This document shows, piece by piece, positions 14,101-28,664 of a stretch of DNA of 64,000 bases. The position numbers were made by a program, and so were the translations under genes. The stretch comes from Eledone cirrhosa (taxonomy: Eukaryota): NCBI GenBank assembly GCA_964016885.1, contig OZ024741.1, forward strand, positions 277,264,001 through 277,328,000, written 5' to 3'. The notes under the pieces were generated by a model. The model saw only the letters and a list, made by a program, of their open reading frames with translations, did no database searches and was not told the origin of the DNA. Every line of letters begins with the position of its first letter. The first letter of the stretch is position 1.

Positions 14101-14468
14101 TTAGTTAGCTAAATTTTAATATGAACGTGAATTGCTTTTGACATTTCACTTAATTGTTTTACTGTTAACTTGAAAGGATGTGTTGTTTTTTTCACATTTG
14201 TTCTCTACATCAAAAATGTTTAAATTCTGAGCGGTATATGAACAAAGGAAGAAAAAGGAGCGAAGTACCATGCAAAGAATAATAGCAAACATCCAGCATG
14301 TATGAGAGAAAATATTGAAATGTCAACAATGTCTATGATGAATAAATATATAAATAGAATTAAAGTAATTACGAAAACGTCTTAAAGAGAAGAACAGTAT
14401 CGGCAGTTGAAGCATTTGATATACTGCATGGAAATACTGACAAACTCTATGGAAATACCAATAGTTTA

Positions 14469-14559
<91 letters not shown>

Positions 14560-14700
14560 AAAAAAGGAAAAGAATGACTTCACTTGTAGTTCTAAACAAT
14601 TTTCTTTGTAAACTTCGGTGGGAAGAATTTTAAAGATTCCTGGAGAACTTTCTCGCATTCGTCGGTGGCGATTGTCAAACTGAGATCAGGTTGTGTGTAT

Positions 14701-14800
<100 letters not shown>

Positions 14801-14855
14801 GTATATTATAAAATAACAAGAGGCTAGACTGGTGTAATTCCTTAAAAGGTTTATC

Positions 14856-14913
14856 ATACTATGATCATTTCAATGACCGGGTTCAGTATGAATCCGGTGA
14901 CATCATCAGGTAT
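14856..14913 (-). ncRNA. Type I hammerhead ribozyme (family D)
   Basis: Minus: ATAC-CTGATGA-TGTCACCGGATTCATACTGAACCCGGTCATT-GAAA-TGATCA-TA-GTAT. Confidence 0.7.
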
Positions 14914-14917
14914 TCGA

Positions 14918-15222
<305 letters not shown>

Positions 15223-15364
15223 AGTAGAAGGGGTATTTAATTTGTTGGAAATCCGACAAACATAAATATAAATGTTTATAACTAATTTAGAGCACTCAAC
15301 AGTTTCCTGGAGTAAATATTCGATGATATTAAATAAATGGAAACTATATTTATAAAAACATATT

Positions 15365-15427
15365 TATTTTATTATATATATTTCAAGGGTACCAAAAGAC
15401 TTTGGTACGCTTTCTTCAGATAAAATA
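15365..15427 (-). ncRNA. Type I hammerhead ribozyme (family E)
   Basis: Minus: TATTTTAT-CTGAAGA-AAGCGTACCAAAGTCTTTTGGTACCCTT-GAAA-TATATA-TA-ATAAAATA; 8-bp stem I. Confidence 0.8.
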
Positions 15428-15486
15428 CAAAGTTTGTTTTATAAATAGAGACATACCCAGGAAAATCATACCTTATCAGTTGGATA

Positions 15487-15530
<44 letters not shown>

Positions 15531-15535
<5 letters not shown>

Positions 15536-18300
15536 CACCACTCTGGCATCACTGAAGGACATCCCATTACCGGGTAAAAGAGAATACACCAGGAATCTCA
15601 CTAAGAGTACTGACTCCCTAATACGTAGGACGAGGTGGAGGGCTTACCACTTTGATAGAGGGAACCCCAATATTAATAACCAAAAATCCATGGAGTGCCT
15701 ATTCAGATCAAGAAGAACCCCCAACCCCACCCCCACAACAGACTATTGGAAGAGTTCGAGAACGAAATGATTGGCATCATTTCCAACATCAAATTTTCCG
15801 ACCAACCATACCGGGGTCGAGAGTACCTTAGACGACTGGAAAATGGAATTACCGAACTTAAGGAATCTACAGGAATACTCGTCCATGCCGACAAAACCAA
15901 CTACAGCACGGACGTTCAACTTTACCATGAGCTAATCCTCAGGGAATTGAGAAAAAACTACAAAAAAACGCCAGAGGCTACCCTGGAGGATATCAACATG
16001 AAGGCTTATGAGATCGTATCTGGTCTTGGTATAGATGATAGGACGGCCCCATACTAACCAAGGGAGCCGAGGATTACCATTAAGGACCACAAACCAAACT
16101 TCGAGTCTAACCTGCCGGTCAGACATGGGGGTTATTAGCAAAAGCATTTTAGATAGGATCCTGCCCACACTTAAGAGTAAAATAAGGTTACAACTCTGGT
16201 CCTGCACCAGCCAGGTGCTGGACTGGTTTACATTTTTACCTGACAAACATAGGACTAGCTTCATACAACTAGACATCAACAATTACTACTCCTCTATCTC
16301 GCCCATAGTCCTGAACAAGGCACTCATATTCCCGATGAATAGGACAGACCTAACACGCGACGAGGTCCGAATCGTACACGCCGCCAGAAAGACCCTGATC
16401 CGATTCGGTGGGGACATATGGATCCGGAGCGACTGGCCAAATAATTTTGACATTACAATGGGCTCCAGTGACTCCGCGCAGATAACGGACTTGGTTGGGA
16501 TATACATACTCTACGAGATCAGGAGAGAAATACCCAACCTGGGTGGCGGGCTGTACCGAGACGACGCACTCTTCACAGTAGTGGACCACAGCACCACAAT
16601 GGTCGAAAATATGAAGAGGAGAATTAGGCACTTCTTTAGCACGGTAGGACTTAAGGTAGAGATGGAACCTAATAGAAAAGTAGTGAATTTCCTGGACACC
16701 ACCCTCAACCTCAACACCAAGCTACACCACCCATATCATAAACCCAATGAGAAGCTGGTGTATATCAACGCTGGGTCTAATCACCCTAGATCTATAGTTC
16801 AGGCCGTAGTTAAGAGTGTCTCTGACAGGATCTCTAACTTGTCGGCTAATAAAGAGATCTTCAATAGTAACGCTGATTACTATAACTCAGCGCTAGCTAA
16901 GGCGTCCCACAGCCATAGGATCAGCTATAACCCTAAGGGACATGATCGAGATGAACCAAGGGTACCCCGGACCCAATACCCTCAGGAGCATGAGTCGCCC
17001 ACCTAATACCTCGCTGACCAGTAGTAACACTCCCACACCCCTATCCGTCACCACCCCCGGTAGAAGGTCCCGCATACCCCACCGGTCTAATACCTATAAC
17101 GCTGAAGACCACTGTGCTGCGGAGAATAGGCACCCCTGCACCGGCCCCACCACCCGCCGAACCCTAATTGAGCAGGCAGGCCGCACCTCACAGCTTTATA
17201 GCCCCACTGTGGGCCCATAAAACCCTCATGATAGTGACCGCTCCGCACACCTGAGTGACACCAACCGAGCTCGACCTGAGCTGTGCACAACCACGCGATG
17301 GCCCACGGCGGACACCCAACAACCCCGCAAGAATAGGACCAGGAAGGTCACATGGTATAACCCTCCGTACTCGGTGGGTCTACGTACCAGTCTGGCTAGA
17401 GTACTAGATAAATGTTTCCCTAGGGCCCACAAGTACCATAAAATATTCAACAGGCACACGATGAAACTTTCCTACTCAGCCCCACGCTCCGTAGCCCAGC
17501 ACATAGCTGGCATAAATAGGAATAGGCTCACTGCCTCTAATACCACCGTAAATCCCGGAGCCACCCAACAGAACCAGCACGCGAGAACGAAACGGAACCC
17601 GGACAGGCTCAACTAGTACACCGGAACCCAACGACCCTGTTCTGATTGCGGAGGCTACCCAGCCAACCCCAAGTGATGGTAACCACGCGGTACATGTGGT
17701 GGGATTTAAGAAGTCATGTAATTGCAGAGACCCATCACTATGCCCCCTTAGTAATGAATCCATGACGAAAAACGTAGTCTACAGGTGCAAGGTCACAACT
17801 CGGAGCACCACTACATAGGATCCACAGCGACGAGCTTCAAAGATCGGTGGTATAACCATCGCCATTCCTTTAACAGAATGGATGAGAGGAAATGTACGGC
17901 CCTTTCTGAATTGATCTGGAAACTCAAACTTGAAAAGACCCCGCACTCTCTGGTCTGGTCCGTGGTTAGAAAGGTTCCCCCAGACAGAGGCGGGTCTGGT
18001 ATTTGCAACCTCTGTCTTAGTGAGGCACTCGAGATTCTTCATGGCGGAACCAACCTATTAAACAGAAGGGCCGACTTATTCGGTGCCTGCAGACACCTAA
18101 GGACGGGAACTCTCCTCAAGCTATATGGATAAACCCCGGTTACAGCCTCCCACAATGCCCCCCCTCCCTGTACCAATGACCCCGTTCCAATGACCAATGG
18201 ACAACAACAACCACCCATAGTTTGTGGTCCCTATGGTGGATGGTCCACCGGATCCTCTACTGGTTCGGAGTCAGCAAAACCACGTTTTATTGAACCTGAT
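15531..18300 (+). mobile_element. Penelope-like retroelement (RT, Cys-rich linker, GIY-YIG; Neptune/Nematis-like), frameshifted
   Basis: SLKDIP..IRRTRWRA, ADKT, LDINNYYSSI, MGSSD, GLYRDD, VNFLD, WYNPPYS, CNCRDPSLCPL, HYIGST..FKDRWYNH..CNLC; flanked by TA-rich repeats. Confidence 0.9.
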
Positions 18301-19093
18301 TTTATATATATATATATGTATATATATATCATGTGTATATATGTATATATATTTTATATGTGTATATATGTGTATTTTATATATATGTATATATATGTAT
18401 ATATTTTATATATATATATGTATATGTATGTGTATTTTATATATATATACGTATGTATGTTTTATGTGTGTATATATTTTATGTATGTATTTTATGTATA
18501 TATATATATTTTATATATATATATTTTATATATGTGTATGTTCTGTGTATATATATTTTTTTTTATATATATATATGTATGCTGCTTGTGCGTACATACG
18601 TACATGCATGTATATATATACACACCTGTATGGATTTGTGTGTAGATGTGTGAGTGTCTGAGGGGGTAGGTGTGAGTGTATGTACAAGTCAACCAGCATA
18701 AACCTTTATTTTAAGTATTATCACCACACATTTTGTATGTGTGGATGTGTGTGTGTGTGTGTCTGTGGAGGTGGGTGTGAGTGTACGTGCAAGCCAACCT
18801 ACATAAGTCTTTTTATTTGTAAATTTTCTACTCCAACCATAAATTTCAGTAGCACCATTCCACATAAATTCCTCAATTTAAGAATGACCTGTAGTATCTA
18901 TTCCATACTATTAACCTTAATTGAATATATATCTGACCAGGAATGCTTTGTGTGAAAATCACAGATTCTAATGAATAGGTCCGAGCATGTGATTGTTTCA
19001 TATGTTTATTTATATGTTAAATAATTTCTAGTTGTTATATATATATATATATATATATATAATAAAAATGTAATCTGAGTTTTTAAAAATAAT

Positions 19094-19281
19094 TGTTTCT
19101 ACTTTTGGCACAAGGCCAGCAATTATTCCAGTATATTACTGGTACTTTATTTTATCAACCCCGTAAGGATGAAAGGCAAAGTTAACCTTGGCGGGATTTT
19201 AACTCAGTCTGTAAAGGGACGTAATTGTGCTGCAAAGCATGGCGCCCGACCCTCTACCGATACTGCCAATCCACCGCACTT
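19094..19281 (-). mobile_element. tRNA-SINE with 16-bp TSD
   Basis: Same family as 2347; AGTTTTTAAAAATAAT on both sides. Confidence 0.85.
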
Positions 19282-19435
19282 AGTTTTTAAAAATAATAAA
19301 AATGTAATCTGAGTTTTTCGATTATTAATAATAACATTCGATTCGTTTACAATTATGGAAACAAGCCTAATTTTTAAAGCGATGTCAGTAGAATAAACCC
19401 TTCATTCTTGCTCTTATATTGGCATGCAAACAGAA

Positions 19436-19479
19436 CTGCAGACACTAATGTTTCTGGGTATCACCCTTCATCAGTACAG
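19436..19479 (-). ncRNA. Minimal type I hammerhead ribozyme (family F)
   Basis: Minus: CTGTA-CTGATGA-AGGGTGATACCCA-GAAA-CATTAGTG-TC-TGCAG; GUC triplet. Confidence 0.8.
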
Positions 19480-19827
19480 CTCACTGTTCACTTGCCAACT
19501 GTCAGAGCTAGTGAAAATATATGCTATTTTATAAAATATACAGTGACTGATCGGCTTGATTTGCATATTAGCAGACTGGCTGATCAGTCAGATCTGCATA
19601 TTAACAGATCCAGTGATCAGCCAGATTTGTATATCAGCAGTATATCGCTCGTATACAGGAAACTGACTGGCCAGGCTGCTGATCTGCAAAAAATAAATAA
19701 TATTTATTTACTTCACCAGTTTCAAAAGTAAAATTGAGATGGATGGTTTGTGTTTCTGTTGTGGTGTGTCTCGCAAATATTTTTACTCGTGTAGGACACT
19801 TAAAAAAAAATTATTTTCTTATAAGTG

Positions 19828-19972
<145 letters not shown>

Positions 19973-20213
19973 GTGTGTGTGTGAGTGTGTGTGTGTGTGT
20001 GTGTATTTATATGTCGTATGGTAGCTAAGATGCGTCCATATGCCGGTTGAGCACTCTGTGCTCCTACGGAGCAGAGTATGATAAAATGGAAAACGAAGAA
20101 TCAGTGATGCATCGGAACTCAATTTATTACGTATTACAGTATTACAATTGTTTCTCCGGCGTATTACAATTGTTTCTCTTTTGAAAGAGAATTCGCTTCA
20201 AAATCACTAGACT

Positions 20214-20298
20214 TATCTGAGGAACTTGCGAATCCAGAGTCAGGTTCGAACCACAAACAGATCGCACCTCGAGCTGTTCGCCGGAGAAACAATTGTAA
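20214..20298 (+). ncRNA. Hammerhead-like motif (family G) interrupted by a Helitron
   Basis: TAT-CTGAGGA-ACTTGCGAA..TTCGCCGGA-GAAA-CAATTG-TA-A|TAC; inverted partial copy at 20080-20159. Confidence 0.6.
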
Positions 20299-20862
20299 TC
20301 TATATATATAAAACTGAGGATGTCTGTCTGTGTGAGTTTGAATCCCTAAAACTAGAGAAGCACCCAACCGACTGTTTTCAAACTTTACACATGTAATACT
20401 TATGTTTCAGGGAGTGTTCTGAGCCAAAAAGAATTAAATGTTCAATGCCCTAGGGACCGCATTAAGTGATTTAGCGATCTCTCTCTATAATTCTTAGTCT
20501 TTCTCTTTTTAGATACGTACATACATATAACGTCGCGCCCTTATAATATATGTCTGTATGTCTGACTGTCTGCATTACGTCGCTTCCTACAATTCGCTCT
20601 GCGTCCAGAACGCGCCCTTATAATATCTGTCTGTATTTCTGGCTGTCTACTGCCTCCGGTTATTCTGCCACCCTTGCTCAAGACAAATCTCACACGCATT
20701 CCCTAAACAGTTGGTAAGTGCACACAACTTCTTCCTCACGTTTTAAATACCACCAGACACTTACTTCTTTGCCAGCCGTGGTTGTGGCAATACTAAGCTT
20801 AGCTAAGGTGGTTATATATTTCACAATACCTTATCCAGTGCAATGCCGGGTACCACTGCTAG
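20299..20862 (+). mobile_element. Non-autonomous Helitron
   Basis: 5' TC, 3' CTAG, imperfect subterminal hairpin CCAGTGCAATGCCGGG, inserted between A and T without TSD; empty site readable from the inverted copy at 20080-20159. Confidence 0.8.
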
Positions 20863-20912
20863 TACGTAATAAATTGAGTTCCGATGCATCACTGATTCTT
20901 CGTTTTCCATTT

Positions 20913-20949
<37 letters not shown>

Positions 20950-21199
20950 CCGCCGGTATTCGCGAGGATTACGTTTCTAGAGCGCCTGCGAAGAGTGAAA
21001 AATTGAGAATATTGTTCCATAAAAACGTCAAAAGAAAACGTAAAATATAGGCTGGCAAATACGATATATTGTTATATAACTTAGCGTTAAAGAACGTGAA
21101 AATATATATATTGCCACGAAAAATGCCATAAAATATCGCGGAAGATATTTACGATTCCACGAATACTCAGTGGTTTCCGCGAACTATTATTTGTTAGTT

Positions 21200-21490
21200 T
21201 CTAAGGAAACTTCAGTGTGGTAATACCTAAACAGACTAAGATCTGATGTTGGACATGCAAAAGTCACTCTTGCAAAATGGCGACATTTCAAGGATGGGGA
21301 CGTTGTGTGTGACTGTAGCATCGAACCACAGACTACGCAGCACCTCCTGATATGTCCCCTGCTGGAACACACCTGCACAGTATTGGACTTGGCAGAGTTT
21401 AATGAGAAAGGAGAGCAATGTGTTCAGCTGTGGTGGAACCACTTCCAGCCAAGCGTTGTAACTGACACTCTTGTAGACACAAGAAAGAAA
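21200..21490 (+). mobile_element. LINE 3' fragment (CCHC-like knuckle)
   Basis: CDCSIEPQTTQHLLICP motif typical of non-LTR element C-termini. Confidence 0.55.
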
Positions 21491-21525
21491 GAAACTGTAT
21501 ATATATATATATATGTGTGTGTGAT

Positions 21526-21636
<111 letters not shown>

Positions 21637-21729
21637 GAGAGAGAGAGAGAGAGAGAGAATGGGTACTCCATACTGTTAGTAAAACTTTTAATTATTAGAA
21701 ACTTGGATACGTTTATCTACAATAGTTTG

Positions 21730-23057
21730 TAATTTTGCCTATTAATCCGTATGGTGAGCAAATGGGGTCCCGCGTGCTGGCCTCCTCACAGCCCCGGCGG
21801 ACAGGGTGGAGAAGGCGTTTCCCCGGAGGTTGGTAAGGGAGATGCGTTTGGAAGAGCCATTCCAACTAGCGAGGCTCACACCTGCGGCTGGCTAGCTCAG
21901 CGCCTCGAAGCTCCTCTACACCCTTCGCAGCGCTCCGTGCTACAGCCACGCATCTCTCCTCGCTGACCTCGATACTTGTATCCGAGCTGCAACTGAGGAG
22001 ATATGCAACGTCAGGTTTGACGATATTGGATGGCAACAGGTCACTTTACCTATCAGATATGGCGGCATTGGCCTCCGGTCCCCGATCTCGCTGGCTTTGC
22101 CGGCGTCCTCGTCAGCAGGGTTCTCCAAAATATAATAGAACCCTCTGTGTTCAGGGAACGTGAGGTCGTCTGTGAGACGTATGATAGGCTGGGACTTAGC
22201 CCGGTAAACGTCCCTCCTCCTTCTTCCCCTGCTGACGTCAATTCCCCCAAAAGCGTATGGAGGCCATCCAGTGCAGCCTGATCTCAGGCAGGTTCACGCG
22301 CCAGCTCGACCAGCACCGCCTTGCTTGTTTTCGCGCGGCCTCCAAACCCCACAGTGGTGCCTGGCGCCATGACTTGCCCTCATTCTCCACTGGCACGCAA
22401 CTGGATAACGATAGCCTGCGCATCGGCGTTTCCTTGAGGCTTGGACTCTGGATCTGCGAGCCACATAAATGTCACTGTGGACTCTTTCAGACTCCACCCA
22501 CTTTCCTGTCTCCACAGTGCCGGCCGCCTTCCACGCCATGCTGCCCTCAAAGAGGTCGTTAAGTATGGCTTGGACACTGCAGGCTTCCTCTCCCAGCTCG
22601 AGCTTGTGGGGCTGGACCGAGGGGAATGCAAAAGGCCAGACGGTATGACAATCTTCCCGTTCCGCGGTAGCAAACCCCTCGTCTGGGATGCTACTTGCAG
22701 CGCACTTTCTGCAGCCGCAACCTGGTGGAGTTTGCGACTAACCCAGGTACTGCTGCACATCAGGCTGAGGAGGCCAAACTCTCCAAGTACCGGTCGCTCT
22801 CCGACAGGTTCGCGGTCGTGCCCTTGGCAGTGGAGACTTCTGGTGTCCTTGGCCCTAGGGCTACCTCCCTATTCACCACCATAGGCGCTGAGCTAGCCAG
22901 CCGCAGGTGTGGGACTCCCGAGTTGGAATGCCTCTTCCAGCGCATCTCCCTTACCATCCTCCGTGGAAACGCCTTCTCCATCCTGTCCGCCGGGGCTGTG
23001 GGGAGGCCAGCACGCGGGACCCCATTTGCTCACCATACGGATTAATAGGCAAAATTA
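21730..23057 (+). mobile_element. CRE-clade non-LTR retrotransposon 3' part (restriction-like endonuclease) with inverted terminal duplication
   Basis: GGIGLR, LRLGL..C..C.CG, RH, KRPDG..P....PLVWDATC, KLSKY, PLAVETSGVLG, FQRISLTILRGNA; 21730-21905 is the reverse complement of 22882-23057. Confidence 0.8.
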
Positions 23058-23444
23058 TTTGAAACTGATGATTCATTTGGTCTCTACTCGGACTTTTGTG
23101 TTTGCGGTGGAATGAATGAACTTAGAAATACATACATAGGAGTACGTATATAGTGAGAGAGAAGGGGGGAGAGGAGGTGACAGGCAGATGACAAGGAATT
23201 TTGTTTCTGTGTACACGCTGTTCGTAGGATATCTCGGCGTTTGCGTCTCACTTCAATAACCATTACGCCTTACCGGAATTTAAGACAGAAATTTCGTCCA
23301 TTTTATATATACAGATATATCATATACAGTATATGTGTGTATGTTATTCATATATATATATATAAAGTCTGCGGTGCTGAGACCGGGGAGACCACAAATT
23401 GCATGGGAAGCAGTAGGCGTCGAGGCGGGTTTTTACCTCCCCCA

Positions 23445-23544
<100 letters not shown>

Positions 23545-23836
23545 ACGTGTGTGTGTGTTTGTGTGTATATATACTATATGATATAAAATATATGGCAAAC
23601 TGGCGTATACCTTCCTCGGTACTCCGAGTTTCCCGAAGTAAGTTCATCTTATTTCGTTCGTCACAGATCGAAATGTCGCCGCCGGTAACACTTCATTAGA
23701 TTTCAGGTTGCCATGTATTTTATATAATACTAGACAAATCCAGTTCATCTTCCTTTGGACAATGCTTTCTATAGTTGGCGATAGATAGATAGGAATACAT
23801 AGAGACAAAAAGAGTAATACATAGGTAGATACAAAT

Positions 23837-23887
<51 letters not shown>

Positions 23888-24769
23888 CTAGAAGCTAGTT
23901 AGTCAATAAACTTAAGTTTAGGCTTGTTAACTTTAAAAAACAAACAAATGCTAACGTATATTCGAAATTCATAACTTAATCAACGCTTCTAAAAATACGA
24001 TTGAAACACTCACAGCTTCTTATGCAGTTGTAATTTGCCCTGGATTCTCAAATGGTTCAACCGAACGACCGAATTGTTAAATGTACGTATAAATGGCTGA
24101 ATATTCCACAGAACGCAGATCCCAAAGCAAATTAGCATGGCACATAATGTGACAAGACTGAACTACTGATACAATCTATCCGACACGTAGTGCTGGGCTT
24201 ACCTATAACTTAAAAAAGCTATAGCTTAGGGTTCCATATTTTTCCATTAGTTTTTATTCTTTAACTCAAATCAAGCATTCTCACTTTCACTTTCCCTCTC
24301 TCTGCTAGCCACCTCACTGCTTCTCTCGCCTGCGCCTCTAGCTGTCTCTTTCTCACTTACTCTTGCGGAGGTCAGACGTTTTTGTTTTCTCGTCCACACA
24401 AATCTCGAACTTAAGTTCAGTAATTGATGTTGACTTTATTTTTCTCTCTCTCTCTTCGGATTGTTCACACACATGTTTCCCCTCTTCGATTTGTTGTTTT
24501 CGGTGTTTTTTTTTGTTTTTTTTTTTCGCTTTTTCCTTTTTCTTCCCTTTTCTCTTCTGTTACTATTTTTTTCTCTCTCTCCCTTTTTTTCTCAATAACA
24601 TCCTTGAGTTATTAACACACTGGGGTAAGCTATCTTGTCTTTAATGCGTAGAAATATCCATGACCTCCAGCAGACAACTGATGAAGGAACATTTTCTCCC
24701 GTTCTTGCTTTCCTCTTATTTATAAGTATACCTTATCCACCAACTACACAGCCCCTGTTTCTTCTTCTT

Positions 24770-24920
<151 letters not shown>

Positions 24921-25246
24921 ATGTACATCTATATATATATATATATGTATATATGTATATATGTATATATGTATATATATGTGTATATGTATATATAAAT
25001 ATATATACAGTATTTACGTATCGAGAGAGAGAAAAAAAGGGAAGGGTAGGTGATACATATAGTTATTTGCCAAGTAGCGTATGCCAAGGGTGCTCGATAC
25101 TAGTGCCGGCAGTATTAAATATTCGAAGTGTTAATATTTAGTGGGCTAGAGAGTTAGCAGAGCGTAAGCACGTGGGAAATCGGAGAATAGACCCTTAAAA
25201 TAAACATGTTTTAACGGTCTATTCTCCGATTTCTTACTTTCCCACG

Positions 25247-25285
<39 letters not shown>

Positions 25286-25402
25286 ATATGCATATATATA
25301 TATATATATATATGTGAAGTAATTCCGTCGGAAAAGTCCAGGAAAAAAGAGTGCTCTATGTAGGTAACAGAGATTAATATAATAAACAACATAAGGCAAT
25401 TA

Positions 25403-25462
25403 TTCCATTTACCAGTGGTTTCTTAAAAGCAAAAGATTTTGCTTTCAATCCTCAGAATGAAA
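25403..25462 (-). ncRNA. Type I hammerhead ribozyme (family H)
   Basis: Minus: TTTCATT-CTGAGGA-TTGAAAGCAAAATCTTTTGCTTTTAA-GAAA-CCACTGG-TA-AATGGAA. Confidence 0.8.
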
Positions 25463-25620
25463 ATATCCTGGTCTGTTTATTGAATTTCGATTTTAAAAAC
25501 AAAAATGCAATCTATATGAAAGTGAGGCTGGAGAAGGAAGAAGGAAAGGAAAAATAAAATAAAACTACACATGCAAACACACACACAAAAACACGCACAC
25601 TCACACACAAAAGCATACAT

Positions 25621-25706
<86 letters not shown>

Positions 25707-25895
25707 ATACATATACATACACTCATACATACACACATACACATATATACACACATATATGTGTATATAAATACACACAAACACATACATATACACATAT
25801 ATACATACGCACATAAATATCAACACATCCATACATACACATACATATATACAACCACAAATGCATAGCTATATACATATTTAAATGTATGTATG

Positions 25896-25929
<34 letters not shown>

Positions 25930-25934
25930 TGTAG

Positions 25935-25996
<62 letters not shown>

Positions 25997-26048
25997 CTAC
26001 ATACATACATATATACATACATACATTTAAATATGTATATAGCTATGC

Positions 26049-26088
<40 letters not shown>

Positions 26089-26262
26089 AGGTTGTGAGTT
26101 CGATTCCCGGACCAGGCGATGCGTTATGTCCTTAAGCAAGACACTTTATTTCACGTTGTTCCTTCTATCTGGAGTTGCGACCGATAGATAGTATTAGCAA
26201 TTGGAAAGACCAATGGAAACATTGTTTCCTCGGTCCAATTTAACGAAAAGTCGATCGTTTCC

Positions 26263-26295
<33 letters not shown>

Positions 26296-26349
26296 AATTT
26301 AACAATGAAAATGATACCAACAAAGTCGAGTTATTTTACCTATTCATAT

Positions 26350-26468
26350 CATTGTTTTACGATCATTTCGGAGGGTTGATCCTATTGACATGTTGTCTGA
26401 TCTATAGCAGTTATATAACTGTATACTATCAGATAGGTTTGATCAGACCGTCTTCTTCAGAAACAATG
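26350..26468 (-). ncRNA. Type I hammerhead ribozyme with long stem II (family I)
   Basis: Minus: CATTGTTT-CTGAAGA-AGACGG..(about 85 nt)..-GAAA-TGATCG-TA-AAACAATG; perfect 8-bp stem I. Confidence 0.75.
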
Positions 26469-26509
26469 ATGTTAGAATCTTTATGGTATAAACAGGGTAG
26501 ATATATATA

Positions 26510-26551
<42 letters not shown>

Positions 26552-26629
26552 GTGGTTTCTATAGGTCTAGAACTGTTTCAATCAAAAGAAATGTTATTTA
26601 ATTTTTATCATTTACATTAATATATAAAA

Positions 26630-26793
26630 TAATTGTTTCTACTTTTGGCACAAGGCCAGCAATTAATCAGTACATTACTGGTACTTTATTTTATCGACCC
26701 CGTAAGGATGAATCACAAAGTTAACCTCGACAGGATTTGAAATCAGACCGTAAAGGGATGTAACTTAGTTCAAATCCCGTCGAGGTTAACTTT
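26630..26793 (-). mobile_element. tRNA-SINE, truncated, with short internal inversion
   Basis: Family body; 26767-26793 is an inverted copy of 26716-26743. Confidence 0.7.
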
Positions 26794-27117
26794 GAACTCA
26801 GTATATAAAATAATAATCATGTATATTTATTTATTTTTTTAATTATCCGAACTTTCTTAGAGAAGGTTCTCAATTTTATAGCTTATGGCCTCTGCAGGTG
26901 AATGTCCGGCCCTACAGAAAGGCTTCCACACAGTTTTCAGCTACCCAATTTCAGTGACAACATACATGCTCTAGATGTCACCATCTGGGATCGAACTTAG
27001 GACCACATTATTGCCAATTGAACTTCTTAATCACACAGGCAGACGTCTGTTGTAAGATAGGTCAAGGATTGCTTTGGTTGGAACACCTTTGTGGTAGACA
27101 TATTGGATCAGGTCTGA

Positions 27118-27295
27118 CAAACAACAACAGCAACAACAACACCAACAACACCAACAAAAACAACATCAACAACACCACCACCAACATTAACAACAACAAC
27201 AGCATCAACAATAACAACAATAACAACAACATCAACAACAACAATAGCAATATCAACAACAACAACAACAACAACACCAACAACAACACCTCCAC

Positions 27296-27327
<32 letters not shown>

Positions 27328-27822
27328 CAACATCAACAACAACAACAGCAACAACACCAACATCAAAAACAACAAGAACATCAACAATATCACCAACAAC
27401 CACAACATCAACAACAACAACAGCAACATCAACAACAATACCAACAACAACAACAACACCAGCAACACCATCAACAACACCACCACCAACATCAACACCA
27501 ACAACAACAACACCAACAACACCAACAACAACGCTAACAACACCAACAACAACACCAACAACAGTACCAACAACAACAACAACACCCACAACAACACCAA
27601 CAAAAACACCAACAACAACACCAGCAACACCAACAACAACACCAACAACAACACCAACAACACCAACAACAACAACAACAACAACAACACCAACACCAAC
27701 AACAACACCAACAACACTAACAACAACACCAACAACAACTACAAAAACATCAACAACAACAACATCAACAACAAGTACAACAACACCAACAACACCACCA
27801 CCAACAACACCACCACCACCAA

Positions 27823-27866
<44 letters not shown>

Positions 27867-28632
27867 ACAACACCAACAACACCACCAACAACAGCAGCAA
27901 CAACAACACCACCAACAACACCTCCACCAACATCAACACCAACAGCACCAACATCAACAACAACAACATCACAACATCAACAACAACAACAGCAACAACA
28001 CCAACATCAAAAACAACAAGAACATCAACAATATCACCAACAACCACAACATCAACAACAACAGCAACATCAACAACAATACCAACAACAACAACAACAC
28101 CAACAACACCAACAACAACACCAACAACACAAACAACAACACCAACATCAACAACAATACCAACAACAACAACAACACCAGCAACACCATCAACAACACC
28201 ACCACCAACATCAACACCAACAACAACAACACCAACAACACCAACAACACCAACAACAACACCAACAACAACACCAACAACACCAACAACAACACCAACA
28301 ACAACAACAACAACACCAACAACAACACCAACAACACTAACAACAACACCAACAACAACTACAAAAACATCAACAACAACAACATCAACAACAAGTACAA
28401 CAACACCAACAACGCCACCACCAACAACAACACCAACAACAACACCACCACCAACACCACCACCAACAACACCACCACCAACAACACCACCACCAACAAC
28501 AACACCACCACCAACAACAACACCAACAACAACACCACCACCAACACCACCACCAACAACACCACCACCAACACCACCACCAACAACACCACCACCAACA
28601 CCACCACCAACAACACCACCACCAACAACACC

Positions 28633-28664
<32 letters not shown>

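Noticed and set aside
23610-23705. Minus-strand CTAATGA..GAAACTCGG hairpin
   Set aside because: No UH triplet and no stem I
24675-24708. CTGATGA plus hairpin
   Set aside because: GAAA and stem III absent
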